A stretch of DNA of 64,000 nt from Oikopleura dioica (lineage: Eukaryota; Animalia; Chordata), in NCBI GenBank assembly GCA_907165135.1, contig OU015567.1:1984001-2048000 (forward strand), written 5' to 3'. Positions 33,627 through 47,200 of the stretch are shown in pieces. The first letter of the stretch is position 1. Every line of letters begins with the position of its first letter. A program made the translations under genes and the position numbers. Under the pieces are notes generated by a model. It searched no databases and was not told where the DNA came from. It worked only from the letters and a program-made list of their open reading frames with translations.

Positions 33627-34700
33627 TTATTTTATTGGTGAAGCAAAACTAGCAGCAGTCGCGATCGTTTTTCGCCTAAAGCTTTCGAAAGCCTTATCAA
33701 TGTCTTCTTCCTCATTATTTTCCGCTCTTCTGCCGAATCCTTCCTTTGGGTAACCGCAAAGCAAAGCCCTTTTTATTTTGAATAAAAATGGGTGCTTTTT
33801 CTTCTGTTTCACGATTTTGGTCGTTTTCTCGAATTTCTCAGAGTCTCGTTCCAAATTTTCGGCGATTGGGACGAGCACTTCCAATTCGTGTTGGCGTTTT
33901 TGGAGCTGATTTTTGACTAAAAAAAATTTTTTAACAAATTTTGAACAAAATTTTTTCTTTGGCCTTTTTGAAGGGGACCCTTTTTCGAGTCGAATTCGTG
34001 TCAAAAAACGTGACATCAGAAAAGGATCCTGTAAATAAATTAACCCGTTGCTCACGGTCTAATTAATGAGCGTGCTTGTAAATGAGTTTATCGCTTACGA
34101 AAGATGTTCAGGTGTACCTTGTGATTTGATTAGACTCTCAGCTTCTTCCGCGCTCTTTTTCAGGAACTCAATCTTCTTTGCTTGAAGAATTTCGAGAATT
34201 CGATCGACCAGAACCGGATCGGTTTCTTTTGATGGCTTCAGTTTGTAGGTTTTTTCAGCGTGTTTTACGGTCAAAGTCCATTTTGATTTTGATTCTGAAA
34301 GCCAAAACTTATTATTGAACGGCTTTTGCGCTAATTACCTTGGGATAGAAAACAAGTTTCAGCATCTAAAATTTTCTCACAAAATGGATTTCCGAAGTCT
34401 TCTTCTGTTTTTGTCAATTTGATTTCGTCGTTGATTTCGATAAACGCTTAAATTTTTTGATTTCTAGAGCAATTTGCCGAGGTACCTTTAGAATACTTTC
34501 TCGGGCGGGAAATTTCGTTGCCTGACGATTTGACTATTTGTTTCTTTTGAATCTAAAAAGCATTATAAAGAAGCTTTTTTTCGTAATCTTACAGAAGTTC
34601 TCATTTTCGTCTCGGCTCTCTATTCTCTCCTTGTTATTTGGCCCTTGTAATCATGCGAATCTATTTTGCTTGTGCCACTTCTCTCTCCTGGAGGACTGCG
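33627..34700 (-). CDS. Hypothetical charged/helical protein, multi-exon
   Basis: Open exon-like segments LTVKHAEKTYKLKPSKETDPVLVDRILEILQAKK and KRQHELEVLVPIAENLERDSEKFEK are flanked by splice-like sites. No family recognised. Confidence 0.3.
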
Positions 34701-35571
34701 TTTACAAAGAAACTTTCCACAGTCGATTGGGAGCAGCACTAACTCTACTCGGCCGGAGGGATGATTAATCTAAATAGGAAATGGGCAAGGAAAGCATTTG
34801 CTTAGCAAAATTTATTGTCTTTTGATTCTAACTTGCTCTTTTTCTTGTTGAACACATCATTAATGAAAAAATAAATTAAGATAGTTTAAACAAAATGCAT
34901 TATTTTATCAAGATTTAGAAAAAAGAAGCAGCCATGATTGGTCCAACTTTTTATCAGTAAAACGCTACTGGTAAGCTAATTTGCAAAGAATCGGCGAAGA
35001 ATTTTGGCCAAAAAAAGAGAGAAAAAAAAAACAACAAATACATTTTCTTTTTTATTTGGCTTGAATGGCATTTACGCGTTGGTTAACTGAAATTTGTAGC
35101 AACCCTAGGCCGAGCTGTTTACCAAATGAGCGAAAAGGGCACTTCTCCCACTTTCCAACACTTTTTTTCTCGAGCTCCACAGCTCATTCAACAAAAACAC
35201 AAGCAAAGAGAGACCAATAATTGCAAAAAAAGTTATTTTATTCGACTAAAAGAGTGGGTAAAATTAGTAGGTTTGACGTTCTGTTATGTCTTTAAGGTTT
35301 TGGTTTATGATATTGACATAACGATGTCACCTAGAAATTTTGCACAGATAATCGACAAAAAGAGAGAAATTGAGAGATGACTGTAAGTTGCCGGAGATCC
35401 AGAAGTTGTTTCTTGAAAAGGGATAGAAGACTCAGAATGCGAAATAAGGGTGTCATTTTTTTATAAATATTTGAAGAAAGATACTTTAAACCCTTCCTGC
35501 AAGCATTTGTTCTGTCATATGAATCGCTTCTGACGTCGCAGCTGTCGGCACAGAAGTCGTTGAAGCAGGTC

Positions 35572-35963
35572 TCATGCTATTCTGTCCCCCCATCTGATGA
35601 TGGATCATTTCTGCCGTTGTTGTTCTCTCAGTTGTTGTTGCAACAGTCGTTGTTTCCGGAAAACAGTCGGCTTCATCAACGCAAACTCGATCCTGGTTGT
35701 ACTTCTGTCCAGCTTCGCAGTGGCAAAGAAAGGCGCCTCCGAAGTTCAGTCCTATTTACTGCGTCTCTAACTGTGATTTTTATTGAAAGAAAATGTAAAG
35801 AAAACTCATTCCTATGCACTGCGTTTCATTACAGTAAATGCAATTTCCATCAGCAACAATCCCTAAAAAAATTTTAGCCTTCGGTCCCAATCTCGTTCTT
35901 ACCAAGAGCTGGGCAATCTTGAGCTCTAGAAAATGACAGAAATAGAATAATAAAGCAGTTCAT
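35572..35963 (-). CDS. Small secreted protein with one EGF-like domain and a Thr-rich stalk
   Basis: MNCFIILFLSFSRAQDCP.. then LNFGGAFLCHCEAGQKYNQDRVCVDEADCFPETTTVATTTERTTT. The 3' end is uncertain. Confidence 0.4.
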
Positions 35964-36600
35964 TTTTGGATGTGATTCTTCATTTTCCTGGTTTTTATGA
36001 GAGAGGAGGACACCATGAGATTTTTCTCCATGACGATTTGGCGCTTGTATTTTTAGTAACAATTTCAGCTTGGGGATGGACGGCTAGATTGGTTTAGTGA
36101 AAATGTTTTTGTTAGATTCTCAATCACAGGAAAAAGTGAAATGTATTAATTTTTGAAATAAATATCAACATTATGGTGTCTTATATTTGTAATAGAATAT
36201 TTCCTTCTGTGATCAATCTAACTGCTCCAAATTACTCTCATTTGGTCAAATGATTTGACCCTGAGGCTGAAGCAATCGAAATCAAGATATTTTTTTTGAG
36301 AGAACTTGTTTTTGAATATTTAATAAACGTATCTTTTTGTTGAACAATCAATTGTCGTCAGAACAAACATCCAAAGGAAAGTCTATTTGCCCATGTCATA
36401 AATGTAAAATTCTATTACTCACTAGTCTCAAGGCGGCCGCTCCGTTTTTTACGGTCCTTGAGTCTTCTGGCACACGCTCAGAACCTTACTTCCCCAGCGA
36501 GAAGACCAGCGACCACAAAAGAGCCACAGATCCACTCTAAATACATTGAACGAGTGGGAAACCAAGAGAACAAGATCGACAGCGCAGATACTTTCTAAAA

Positions 36601-38054
36601 ATGACAAATGGAAAGCTAAAGATTACGGTCGACAAAGCATACGACCTTGAGGAATTGTTTTACGAAGCTAAACAAGAATCATTCAAAATAAAGAAATTTC
36701 ACCGAGAAATTTTTTTGACCAAATCATTGAACTTCGATTGTAAAACAACAAAAGGGCGACAATATTCCAGAAAACCTTTTCTGTCTTCTCGAATTCGACG
36801 GTAAAGGTCTTGCGACAGATTCTAATCCAGTAAGATCCGCCAACAGTGTCAGGAAAATGGTACAAATTTGGACCCTTTTGGCTGTTTTCTTGCTTTTGTC
36901 CCTTTTCAAATTTATACCAAAAATAGATGGAACGAAGAAGCCGATTTTGACATCAGAAAAACTGCAAACTTGCGGGTTCAAGTTTGCACAAAAGAAGGCA
37001 AAGGAAAGCTCGATGTAAGTCAATTACTTTTTTCCATTTTCTTGAAAATTTAGGATCACAAAATGTTCGGCCGAGCGAAATACGCAATCTGTTTCGATCG
37101 ATCAGAATCCTCCGTGAAAGACGTTCCAGATCTCGAACTAAAGTCGAAATCTGGCAAATATCGTGGAAAAATTTCCATGCGAGTTTCGATTCCTCCCAAT
37201 CCGAAAGTCCTTGGAAACGCGAAAAAGGTAAAAACTGGTCAATTTCGATGAATAATTACTCATCGTTAATAATTATTAAACTCCCAGTTTTGTGGTACCA
37301 ACATCGTAAAATGCGGTTGTCGTCATTCAAAGTCAAAGCTGGCACTTTAATTCAAACTCATTTGTCTTTTGATTCTCCTAGACTTGCGTGAATCCATTGA
37401 TGTCATTTTCTTTAGTCATCGGAAGCCGAAATGATCGCAAAGACCAATACAAGTCCGTCAATGCAGCGGGATAGGTCGTTGAGCATGATCGATCTTTCCG
37501 CCAGTCGACCAGAGCCTATTCCAGGCAATCCTTTTGCTGGGTCTGATGCTAGCTCAGATGATCCAGCTGACAGTAAGGTAAGAAAATGAAGCAAATCAAT
37601 CAAGCAAATAACCAAGCTCCCTTTTTTTGCTAAAAAAATTTTATCAAAATTTATCATCAAATTTTGATTCTCGAAATTTCTTGAAATTTTCGGACCAAGT
37701 CATTAAAAAACATGTGTTCCTAAGAAGGGGATTATCCAAAAATTAAAGACGGCGTCATTTGGCGGATTCAAGCGCAGCAAGTCAATTAAAAAGAAGCCTG
37801 TCGAGGAAGGAAGGCCAAAGGAGAGAGTGATTTTTGAAGACGATCCGCTTGAAAAGGCGAATGATTTGTTGGAGGCGAAGAATAGGGAGCTCAGATACGC
37901 TGTCAAAATGAAGGTAAGATTTATTTCTTCGCAAGAAAGTCGCAAACTTGTTTCAAAGGACATGGAAATCCGCGATTTGAAGAGATACATCGATAACTTG
38001 CTTCTGAAAATCATGGAGAACAAGCCTGACCTTTTACTTGGAGATCGATGCTAG
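36601..38054 (+). CDS. Class I Rab11 family-interacting protein (N-terminal C2 domain, C-terminal FIP-RBD)
   Basis: C2 segments GKLKITVDKAYDL, RWNEEADFDIRKTANLRVQV and LELKSKSGKYRGKISMRV; RBD MEIRDLKRYIDNLLLKIMENKPDLL*. This is the RAB11FIP1/2/5 architecture. Confidence 0.8.
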
Positions 38055-39271
38055 AAAATTTTCTCTTCAACTGTATAAAGCTTAATTACTGTAAGCGTTG
38101 CATGAGAATATATGTGTGCTTTACTGATTCACTCTCTAGTTTTTATCCTTGGAATAGATCAAGATCGCACCAATGTGATAGTTTTGTCTCCAATGCGCTC
38201 CTAGCTCTACCAGATCAAAAAATGACAATTTATAAAAAATCTTTTATTTTTTTCGATGAGAAAAGAGGTTATATCATCACTGACAAGTTAACCGACAAGG
38301 AACGTAAGGAGAAATCAGTAATTGATATCGTTGATGAGACTGGAAACTTTCTTTCCACAGAAGAGATTCTCGGGCTACTATCTGTGAATCTTCAATATGC
38401 AAATTATTCAATGTCATCAAAACTTTTCGATTTCAAGGCGAAAATCAAGAAAAATGTAACACTAAAGATCCTGGCGGACTCCCTAGTGAACGACTATTTT
38501 CTGGTTATTCACATAGACACTGCTCTTGATGGAAATATTGATGGGGCCATTGAAATCGTTATAACTCGAAGAAACGGAAGCTTTATCGATACAACCTGGT
38601 ATAAATTCAAGTACAACAAGTTTGATAGTGATTTTGATGACTGGATGAGCGACAAAGCATACCTTCTTGACAGACGTTTACTACTTAATGAAGCCTATAA
38701 TGTGGATTGGGTCCAAGCGATTATTCATCAAACAGATGTGCTCTACACGAATTACCTGAAATTCACGGCAAATTTGCAGAAGAAATCAAATGAAATCAAG
38801 AAGCAACCTTCTGAGCGACAGAAAGAAGCGGTGTTGCTTCAAGATTTCATTGCAACCCATAATACCTTCCAAAAATCAACAAAATTATCTAATTACATTG
38901 GAAAGCTTGAGAGCGAACGGAAGAGATGTTTGACGGATATTGATAAATTGAACCTTAAAATTAAAGGGATTGACGCTCACGTGACTAACTTACGATCTGA
39001 TCTAGAGAAAGAGCGTAAAAGAGACAAGGAGCGATATCAAAATTTGATGGCTAAGATTAAAGAAAACGAAGGAGTAAAAGATGATCAAAAGGACTCTGAT
39101 CAGAACAGATGCTCAGTTTGCTTCGAAACATATGAAAAAGACAAGCGTCAGCGATCATGTCTAACTGTATGTGGTCATCAATTTTGCTTTCCTTGTGTTC
39201 AAAAATTATCTGGTTCCTGTCCGAAGTGCAGAAAATCTTTCAAGAAGCACGAAGCCATCAGACTGTTCTGA
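38048..39271 (+). CDS. Intronless coiled-coil + C-terminal C3HC4 RING finger protein (true start probably the Met at ~38222)
   Basis: A 407-codon ORF ending CSVCFETY..CLTVCGHQFCFPCVQKLSGSCPKCRK, preceded by a heptad-rich region. Confidence 0.85.
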   Translation: MLENFLFNCIKLNYCKRCMRIYVCFTDSLSSFYPWNRSRSHQCDSFVSNALLALPDQKMTIYKKSFIFFDEKRGYIITDKLTDKERKEKSVIDIVDETGNFLSTEEILGLLSVNLQYANYSMSSKLFDFKAKIKKNVTLKILADSLVNDYFLVIHIDTALDGNIDGAIEIVITRRNGSFIDTTWYKFKYNKFDSDFDDWMSDKAYLLDRRLLLNEAYNVDWVQAIIHQTDVLYTNYLKFTANLQKKSNEIKKQPSERQKEAVLLQDFIATHNTFQKSTKLSNYIGKLESERKRCLTDIDKLNLKIKGIDAHVTNLRSDLEKERKRDKERYQNLMAKIKENEGVKDDQKDSDQNRCSVCFETYEKDKRQRSCLTVCGHQFCFPCVQKLSGSCPKCRKSFKKHEAIRLF

Positions 39272-39289
39272 AATAATTTCAATCTGTTT

Positions 39290-39420
39290 AGAGAATAAAA
39301 ATTATTGACAAGAAAAAATATAAGAAACAATAATAATAAGAATAATAATAATAATAAAAATAATAAGAAATAATAAAAAGAAATATAAGAAATATAAGAA
39401 AAATACAAGAAACTGATCTT
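39290..39420 (+). repeat. A-rich low-complexity tract (aat/aag microrepeats)
   Basis: aataataataagaataataataataataaaaataataagaaataat.. immediately downstream of the RING stop. Confidence 0.8.
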
Positions 39421-39748
39421 ATTAAAAATAGACGAAACGGAATTCGAATGCTCTGGAACTTGTTTTTCAAAAGTTATCATGTTTCTGAATTCTATCAGGC
39501 TTATTGTTACGTTTGCCGTTCAGATTTGCCCAGAACTGATCTCAACCTTCTGCCTAGTGACGACGAATGCATTGATATGACAACGCTATCAGTTATTTTT
39601 TCTCGCAGGACAACTTCTTTCAACAGCTGCTTCAAGACACGCGCGTTCGGGTGTTCGCGCTTATCAGAAGAGAATAAAAAGAGGGAGCTGAGTATGAGCA
39701 ACGCAGAATCAGGATAAGCTTGATTTCTGAACAACCAAAACTTAAAAG

Positions 39749-42700
39749 ATGAAGCTTTTACCGTCCGTCGTGCTTGCCGCGGCTGTTGCCCAACATTGTG
39801 AAGGATCGGATTTTTTTTATATTAATCAAAAATTTTTGAGAGAAAAAATAGAAAAAATCCTATGAAAAGTATGCGAAAGTAGTAAAGATTGTGGCGAAAA
39901 TATGATGTGCGCAACTTACGAAAAGGAAGGCGAAGGCGAATCTCGATGCGTTTGCAAGGAATCTAAGTCCGGTGTCTACGGTAATCTTGATGGAATTAAC
40001 TCCAACTGCGAGGCTTTCTGCAAGTTCCCATGGACAAGGCGATGTCTCGAAGAACAGGAATCTGTGTATGACGTTTGCTGGTGGGAAGATACTGAAGAAT
40101 CTGGCGACGGGTCTGGTGAAGGATCTGGCTCCGGCGACGGCTCTGGAGAAGGATCCGGCGAAGGATCTGGCGATCCATACATCGAATTTTGCGATGCTGA
40201 GGACGAACTCAAGTGCATTGATAAGCTCGGTGAGCTCTCAACATGCTTCTACGATCACAACGGCCGAACTCGATGCGTTTGTGACGAAGGCGCTTACTAC
40301 TCGAAGAGAGATGATGAGTGTGTCGCTATCTTGGACGAATGTTCTGTCGATGCTGATTGCGAGGATGGCATGGTCTGCGAAGAGACCGAATTCAAGGGTC
40401 AGTACATGAACAAGTGCATGTGTACTGAAGGCTTTGGAATGTCCGAAATGGGCTCTTGTGAGCCACTTTGTGGATGGGGAGAAGGCTCCGGAGGCGGTTC
40501 CGGGGACGGTTCCGGTGACGGCCCCGAAGAGCCGGAGGATCCAACAGTGCCAGAGGTTGATCAGAAGAAGAAATGGAAGGGCAAGTGGGAAAAGAAGAAG
40601 CGAGGCCGACGATCCGCACGGAAAGGAAAGCCCGATGTTTGGGACGATGACTATGAAGTCTGCCACTCCAATGCCACCTGCATCACCGAGGGCATTGATT
40701 TCCCAGAGTGCGTTTGCAACGAGGGATTCTACGGTAACGGAGAGAAGTGCGAATCGATCGAAGAGTCGTGCGATGATAAGTGTATCGACCGATATTCTGA
40801 GTTCCATCAGTGCGTTGTCTCCACTGACGGTAACCAATTCTCGTGCGAGTGCATTGATGGCTACGTCGTCGGCTCCGATCCAAAATCGTGCATCCCTGCT
40901 CCAACTGTCTGCGAACTCTCCGAAGACTGCTACGCGCCATACCTCGCTTACAACCTCACTGAAATCGAGGCTGCCGAGCGAGTTATGTGCGTTGGTGATC
41001 AAGATGGAGAAACTTCTATCTGCGGCTGTACCCTCGATTTCCCATACATCGACCAAGAGGGTCTCTGCGTTGATGAGCGTGAGGATCCAGAAGATCCAGA
41101 AATCCCAACTTGTGAGACCAAAAAATGCAAGGAGGGCGCCATCTGTGTCGAAGAATCTGGTGAGCCCGAGTGCGTCTGTGACGAAGCAAACGGATATGTT
41201 GGTAATGGCGGCCGATGCTGGTTGGACGAAGGCATCTGCGGCGTCGACAGCTTTGGTTCCTGTGGCCACAAGTACGCTGACTTTCCAGTTGGATTCAAGG
41301 AGTCCTGCGCTCCTGACATCGACGCCGTCAACCCAGTCTCTTTCAACACCGTCTGTATGCCAGCTGAAGGCTCTGACAACAAGCGAGATGGCTGCTGCGA
41401 GTGCGCACCCGGTTTTATCGACGCCAACGGCGACCCTACCGATGGTTGTGAAGAAGAAGCTCTCGGATGCGAGTACAACGCGGACTTCTGCCACGAAGAT
41501 GCCACCTGCGAAGACCTTGACACCGATCTCATCGACGCTTCTGAGACCGATATTGACCCGACTTTCCTCAAGCAAGGATTCATGTGCGTCTGCAATGATG
41601 GCTTCTTCGGAAAAGGATATGGCCGCAAAGGCTGCCGGGAAAAAGTCGGCGGTGGCGATCACTGCGAGAAGTGGGGCTACAGATGCGGAGAAAACGCCGT
41701 GTGCACTGAGATTGAAAGAAAGCCCTTCATTGATTGCTCTTGCCAGGAAGGCTTCGAAGGTCTTCCACCAAACTGCGTCGCCGTCGCTCCAAGCCTCTCT
41801 GTTCAAGCAATAGAAGATGGTGCCAGCACTTGCGATCAGCTAGACACTTCTCAATGGTTTCTCTTGACTTCCAAGAAGCCCGACTTCCGACTTTCAGCCG
41901 CCGGTGACGAGACTTCTTACACCCTTGACATCACTAACGGAGCTTACAATTACAAGACCCCTATGCTCAACGGAAAAGCCTACTCTGGTCTCATTGAGTT
42001 TGGCGCCTACGGATGTGGGGCGGATTTCATCCAAGCTTTTGCTAAGGGTAAGTCGGTGTTTGACAACTTTTCTTTGATTGGCTTGATTTTTAGGACAAAT
42101 TCAAGCTCGAGTTATCGACACTGTTTCCTTCACTGACAAAGACGGCAACGAAATTGATTCACTTTACGAAGTCGTTGAAGTAACCGGATACTACGTTTCC
42201 CAGGCAGGAAATGACAAAAAATCCAAGGCCTATGTCCAGGTTACATTAATCTTTTTATAAAGTTCTTTAAAATTCTGCTCTCTAGTTTACGAAGAAATAC
42301 GATTCTCTCGGACAGCACATGGGTTACACAACAACTGAGCTCGCTGACATGAGGAACAGACAACTCAATGTTCTTGAGCGAAACCAGGAGTGGAAGAGCC
42401 GAAACGGATGGGTTTACGTCAAGCCTAATGCTGATACCGTCCAGCTCCAGCTCACCTCCGACTTGCCAGTTTTCAACACTGTCGACCCTGCCAAGTGCTT
42501 TACTCCAGATCGAATTCGATTCTTCCTCTACGCCGAGGAACAGCCTGATGGCAAGCTCTCTCCAATGGTATCCACAAGATTTTTCACCTTTTTTTTCAGA
42601 TATTTTAGGTCTTTAAAAACGCTAATGACACCAGTGTCTCCGTCGTTGATTGCTTCTACCAGAGCAAGATGAACTTCGAAGACTACGAATGTGATAACAA

Positions 42701-42827
42701 AAAAACTGAGTGCGAATACGACGAAATCCTTGAAGAAGAACACTGTATGGACGTCAACCAGACCCTCTTTGAAGCACTTTTCGAAGCTACCGATGAGATC
42801 AACGATAAGAGCTGTATCACTGCTTAA
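39749..42827 (+). CDS. Large secreted multi-EGF protein with acidic Ser-Gly (GAG-attachment-like) repeats and a basic cluster
   Basis: Signal peptide MKLLPSVVLAAAVA; a 744-codon exon with >10 EGF-like units; ESGDGSGEGSGSGDGSGEGSGEGSGD; KKKWKGKWEKKKRGRRSARKGK; non-EGF C-terminal domain ending KSCITA*. Confidence 0.88.
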
Positions 42828-44272
42828 TTCTCATGCTCGCTTTTTCTCTCTGTCGATTTCAACAAATATACAGTATATTATATACTGGTCCCTATCACTT
42901 TTCTATCTCCTTTTATTTTTCATAAAAATCCATAAACGATTTGTCAAGTAAATCTTTATCGCCCCAAAGCCGGCGAATGATTTGACGGTGCTCGGACTTC
43001 CGATCTTCAAGCAGTATTTTCGACTGTGTCAAGACATATCTTATCTTTAATTTATAATCATAATCTGATGACACAGTACCTGATTTCTTGTTGTCGCTTT
43101 ATTGGGTCGTTTATATGATTAAAATCGCAAGGCATTTTTGTTTTCTTCGGAATTCGTGATATGTTCCGAGAAATAACATAAATCTTCAATAAACAAATGA
43201 GTTGAAAAATTATTCGATGGAGTTACCCAGAAAACAGCGACAAGTATTCCAAGGCCAATGAAGAGTTCTCGAGGTGTGAAGGCTATCGCGTCTACCAGAC
43301 TTGACTCATTTGAAAGAGTTGATTCTCCAGTGCTTGAACTTCCTCCACTTCCTCCTCCTAGAAAAATTTTTGTTGATAAAACTTCTGATTTATCTGTTGA
43401 ATCTCACCTCTCTTAGCTTTGCAACTAAAAATGCAAACAGAAAAAATCAGCAAAATCATGTTATCTTTCTTCTCTAACTTCTCAAATTTTCACCCAAGCC
43501 AGATGGTAGGCGATTAAATCATAACAAAAAACTGCAATAAATGTCCACTATCTTAGGTCTGAGAGCAATTTTAAATGCTACCTGCCATAAACATCAAAAA
43601 TTGCCCCCTCTATCATTATAAAACAGGAAGTATTAACGATTTCCCTCTTTAAGCAAAAACCGTATGACAAAATGGAAATGTATCTCCTATTAAAATAATC
43701 GCCCCATGCGCATCAAAAGCGGCTTAACGGATCTGTCGATCGAAGGGATCCACTCTTCTCCCCTTCTTTCTATCTGATGCCAAAAGACTCGAGAATTTAA
43801 CATGCCGTTTATCAAAACTCTCGATTTAAAATACGAGCTTATTTTTATAGCGACTTTGGTTGCGACTCTTATCGTTTGCAATGGCTTCTGTTATTGGGTA
43901 AGTAAAAAGCATTCTTTATTTTACTACTAATAATAGTTCAATAGAAAAGAAGACAAGCTCGAATGTCTTGACGGCTGTCTACCAGACCATTGTGTGCCGA
44001 AGAAAGCGAGAAAATACTTTACACGAAATCAAAAGACCACAACAAGACATCGAGCAATCGAAAACTTCATTTTCAACGAAAGGGGTTCGCCAAAAACTGA
44101 AACTGTTTGATTCACAAAATTCTGGGTACAAACTTTTATTATCAGATTTTCTATTTTTTACAGAGTTTTGTTGCACTTTTGATACTTTCCCAAACGCTCT
44201 TGTTGCTTCTCCCGGAGCAGGAAGCGCCGCAGAGACCTTTTTTCTTCGGAACAACTTTAAAAATTGAAATGA

Positions 44273-47200
44273 TTAAAAATGAAAAGGATGAAAAATTTTA
44301 CTTTCGACCATTTGTTTTGGTGGAAGCTCCATGTCAACGTCAATTAAGGAGGTATCGTCATTAATCGGGCCAAAGTCATTATCTGCATTGATGGCTTTGC
44401 TGTTGAACTGATTCACATAATCGTCAGGATCGGATTCGATGTTGTCAGTTGTCATGAGATATTTCGCGGGAATCGCTTCCTCTTCTGCTCAAGAATTTGT
44501 TATGATGGATTGGTTTCAATAACTACCTTTGGTGAGCTTTGCTTCAGTGTCTGTCCAGTCGGTGCCGGAGGACATGGGAACCGCAGATTTAGGAATCGCT
44601 GGTGGTGGAGATTCTTTATGAGCGACAGTCGCATCGAAGGGATTCATGAAAGGATTGGCTCTAAAAAGAACTTGAGATTCATGATCATCTTTTTTTTTCT
44701 TACCGATTTTGATTCGTATTCGAGTCGATTGAGCTCAGCTTATTCATCCTTCCAGGCGCGACTCTAGAATCCATTTTAGGAGCTGCTTTTGAGACGTTCT
44801 AGTTAGATGTATTAGAGCGATGATTTGTGAGAAAACATGCAAAATCATTTTCACTTAGCGAGAGCTGAAAATGAAACCTTTGAGAGTTTTCGACAGTCCA
44901 GTTGGAGCCGGATGAGAAATCTCGCTCTACCCTAGAAGATGTTAAAAGAAGTTAAAAAGAAACTACCTGTACATTGTGTCTGGCTCTGAGATTTCTAAAA
45001 TAGTGTAATCTATTGCTTGTTTGATGCGTTTTTGACGGACTGTCTGGCCTTGGCTGGCGATGACGCTTTGTGTTTGGGTGAAATCTTGCGTGTAAGGAGT
45101 CATGATCGTCGATTCTAGCGCAGAAGAGCGGAATGAGCCGCGCCAGGAGGGATTCCGATAGGGAACAGGAGGCGGACCGAGCTTTGTCGGTTCCTCTTCA
45201 AGAAGCTGAATGTTGTCGGAAACCTCGGAAAGGCGAGAACCAAAATCATTTTTTGGATAATCCAGGGAACGGCGAGAGGAAGGAAGAGAGTGCTTACTTG
45301 ATAGCGAGTGCTCTCCAGATGTTCCTGAAGCTACTCAGAGTCAGCTTGATTGCTAAGAAAGAAGAGGATGGTACCTAATTCGCTAGAACGAATCGATGAA
45401 TTATTTGAGCGCTGAACGTCGCCCCACTTGGAAGAAACTGTTGATGTCCAGGAAGAAAGTCGGGAGACTTTGTTTTCAATTTCAACTTTTTGATTTTCAG
45501 CGCTAGAGTTATCGATGAGTTATCTAGTCATGATTTGATTTGTTCTACTTTCAGTCTTTTTTTTTTTATTTTTTCTAACGAACCTTTGTTGAGCAGCATT
45601 TGTTGGTGTCTTTTCAGGATCAGAAAGAACGTCAGTCCATGCTGATTGATTCGAAAGTTCTGGCTTTTCTGACTGATTATCGGACCATTTTGATAGTGAT
45701 GAAACATTGGCGGAATCAGCCTCCGTGTGAGAGGAGTAGACCGAGGAACCGCGTTGAGTTCCCCATTTTGATGACGCTCGGCTCTCTATGCTTGTTACTC
45801 GGCTTGGGGCCTTTCGCCAAGTGTTTTCTTTGATAAGATTATGGAATAAGCATTTGATTTTTATAGTGATTTTAAAAAATGAATTGAATTAATAAATAAT
45901 AAAATATAACCTTTTCCTTCTATTTTTTGATCTTTATTCCCTTGATTTTCATCGTTGCTTTCTTGATCACTCCATTTCGACAAGGCTGATCTTATTTCTG
46001 ACTGATTATCTGACCATTTTGAGGACTTCGACCGGACATCCAGTGCTCTCGCCAGTGGGATATTCTTCGGTGTCATTTCATTTTCGTCATCGCTCTCATT
46101 ATCTGTCCATTTTGAAATATTTGACCTGTTCACCGATTGTTTATCCGTCCAAGCAGACAAGGCAGAAATTTCTCGTTCTTCCTTCGTCTCACTTTCTTTT
46201 TGAAGGGATGAAGAGTTGATTGGCTGAGCGTTTTTTTCTTCCCTCATTCTGTTGAAAACAGCGAAATAATCGTCGATGTTGATCCTTTTTCTCCATTCTG
46301 GTGTTGAAGGTTTCTCTTCCTTGATTTCAATTTCTTGTTTATCCGATTCGTTGTCCGACCATTTCGACAGCGCTGAAACTTTGGCTTTCGATATTTTTGA
46401 TTTTCTAAGCGACTCATCCTTTTCAGACTCATTATCTGACCATTTTGAGAGGGCAGATATTTCCGCTCTAGAAAATTTGGATCGTCTGGATTCATTTTTG
46501 TCCGATTCGTTGACAGACCATTTTGAGAGCGACGAAACTTGGGCCTTTGATATTCTTGATTTTCCAAGGGATTTATTCTTATCCGACTCGTTATCTGACC
46601 ATTTAGACAGGGCGGATATTTCCGCTCTAGAAACTTTGGATCGCCTTGACTCATTTTTCTCTGACTCGTTGTCCGACCATTTCGAGAGGGAAGAAAGTTG
46701 GGCCATTGAGATTCTTGATTTTGGTTTGTCCTTTTCTGACTCGTTATCTGACCATTTTGAGAGGGCGGATATGTCCGCTTTAGAAAACTCAGATCGTCTG
46801 GATTCATGTTTGTCGGACTCGTTGTCTGACCATTTTGAAAGGGAGGAAACTTTCTTCTCTTGAATTTTCATTTTGTCGGACTCATGATCAGACCACTCTG
46901 ACAGAGCAGAAGCTTGGTTTGATTTTGGAATCAGTGGTGTTTTTGATGATTTCTCGTACTTTTCTTTCTTGATGGGAATGTTTGCTTCAGTTTTGAAGAT
47001 TTCCGAGAATCGTTTATTGTCCATCTCTACTTCTGTATCAGAGGAATCATCATTGTCTGACCATTTTGAAGCAGTCGAAAATTCTGGTTGAATTTGAGCG
47101 CGAGTTTTTGGTCGAATTTCAGATTTTTCTTCTTTCACTTCAAATTTCGATGAAGATGAGTTGCTCGCGGAAAATTTCATCAAATCAGACAGCTCTTGTG

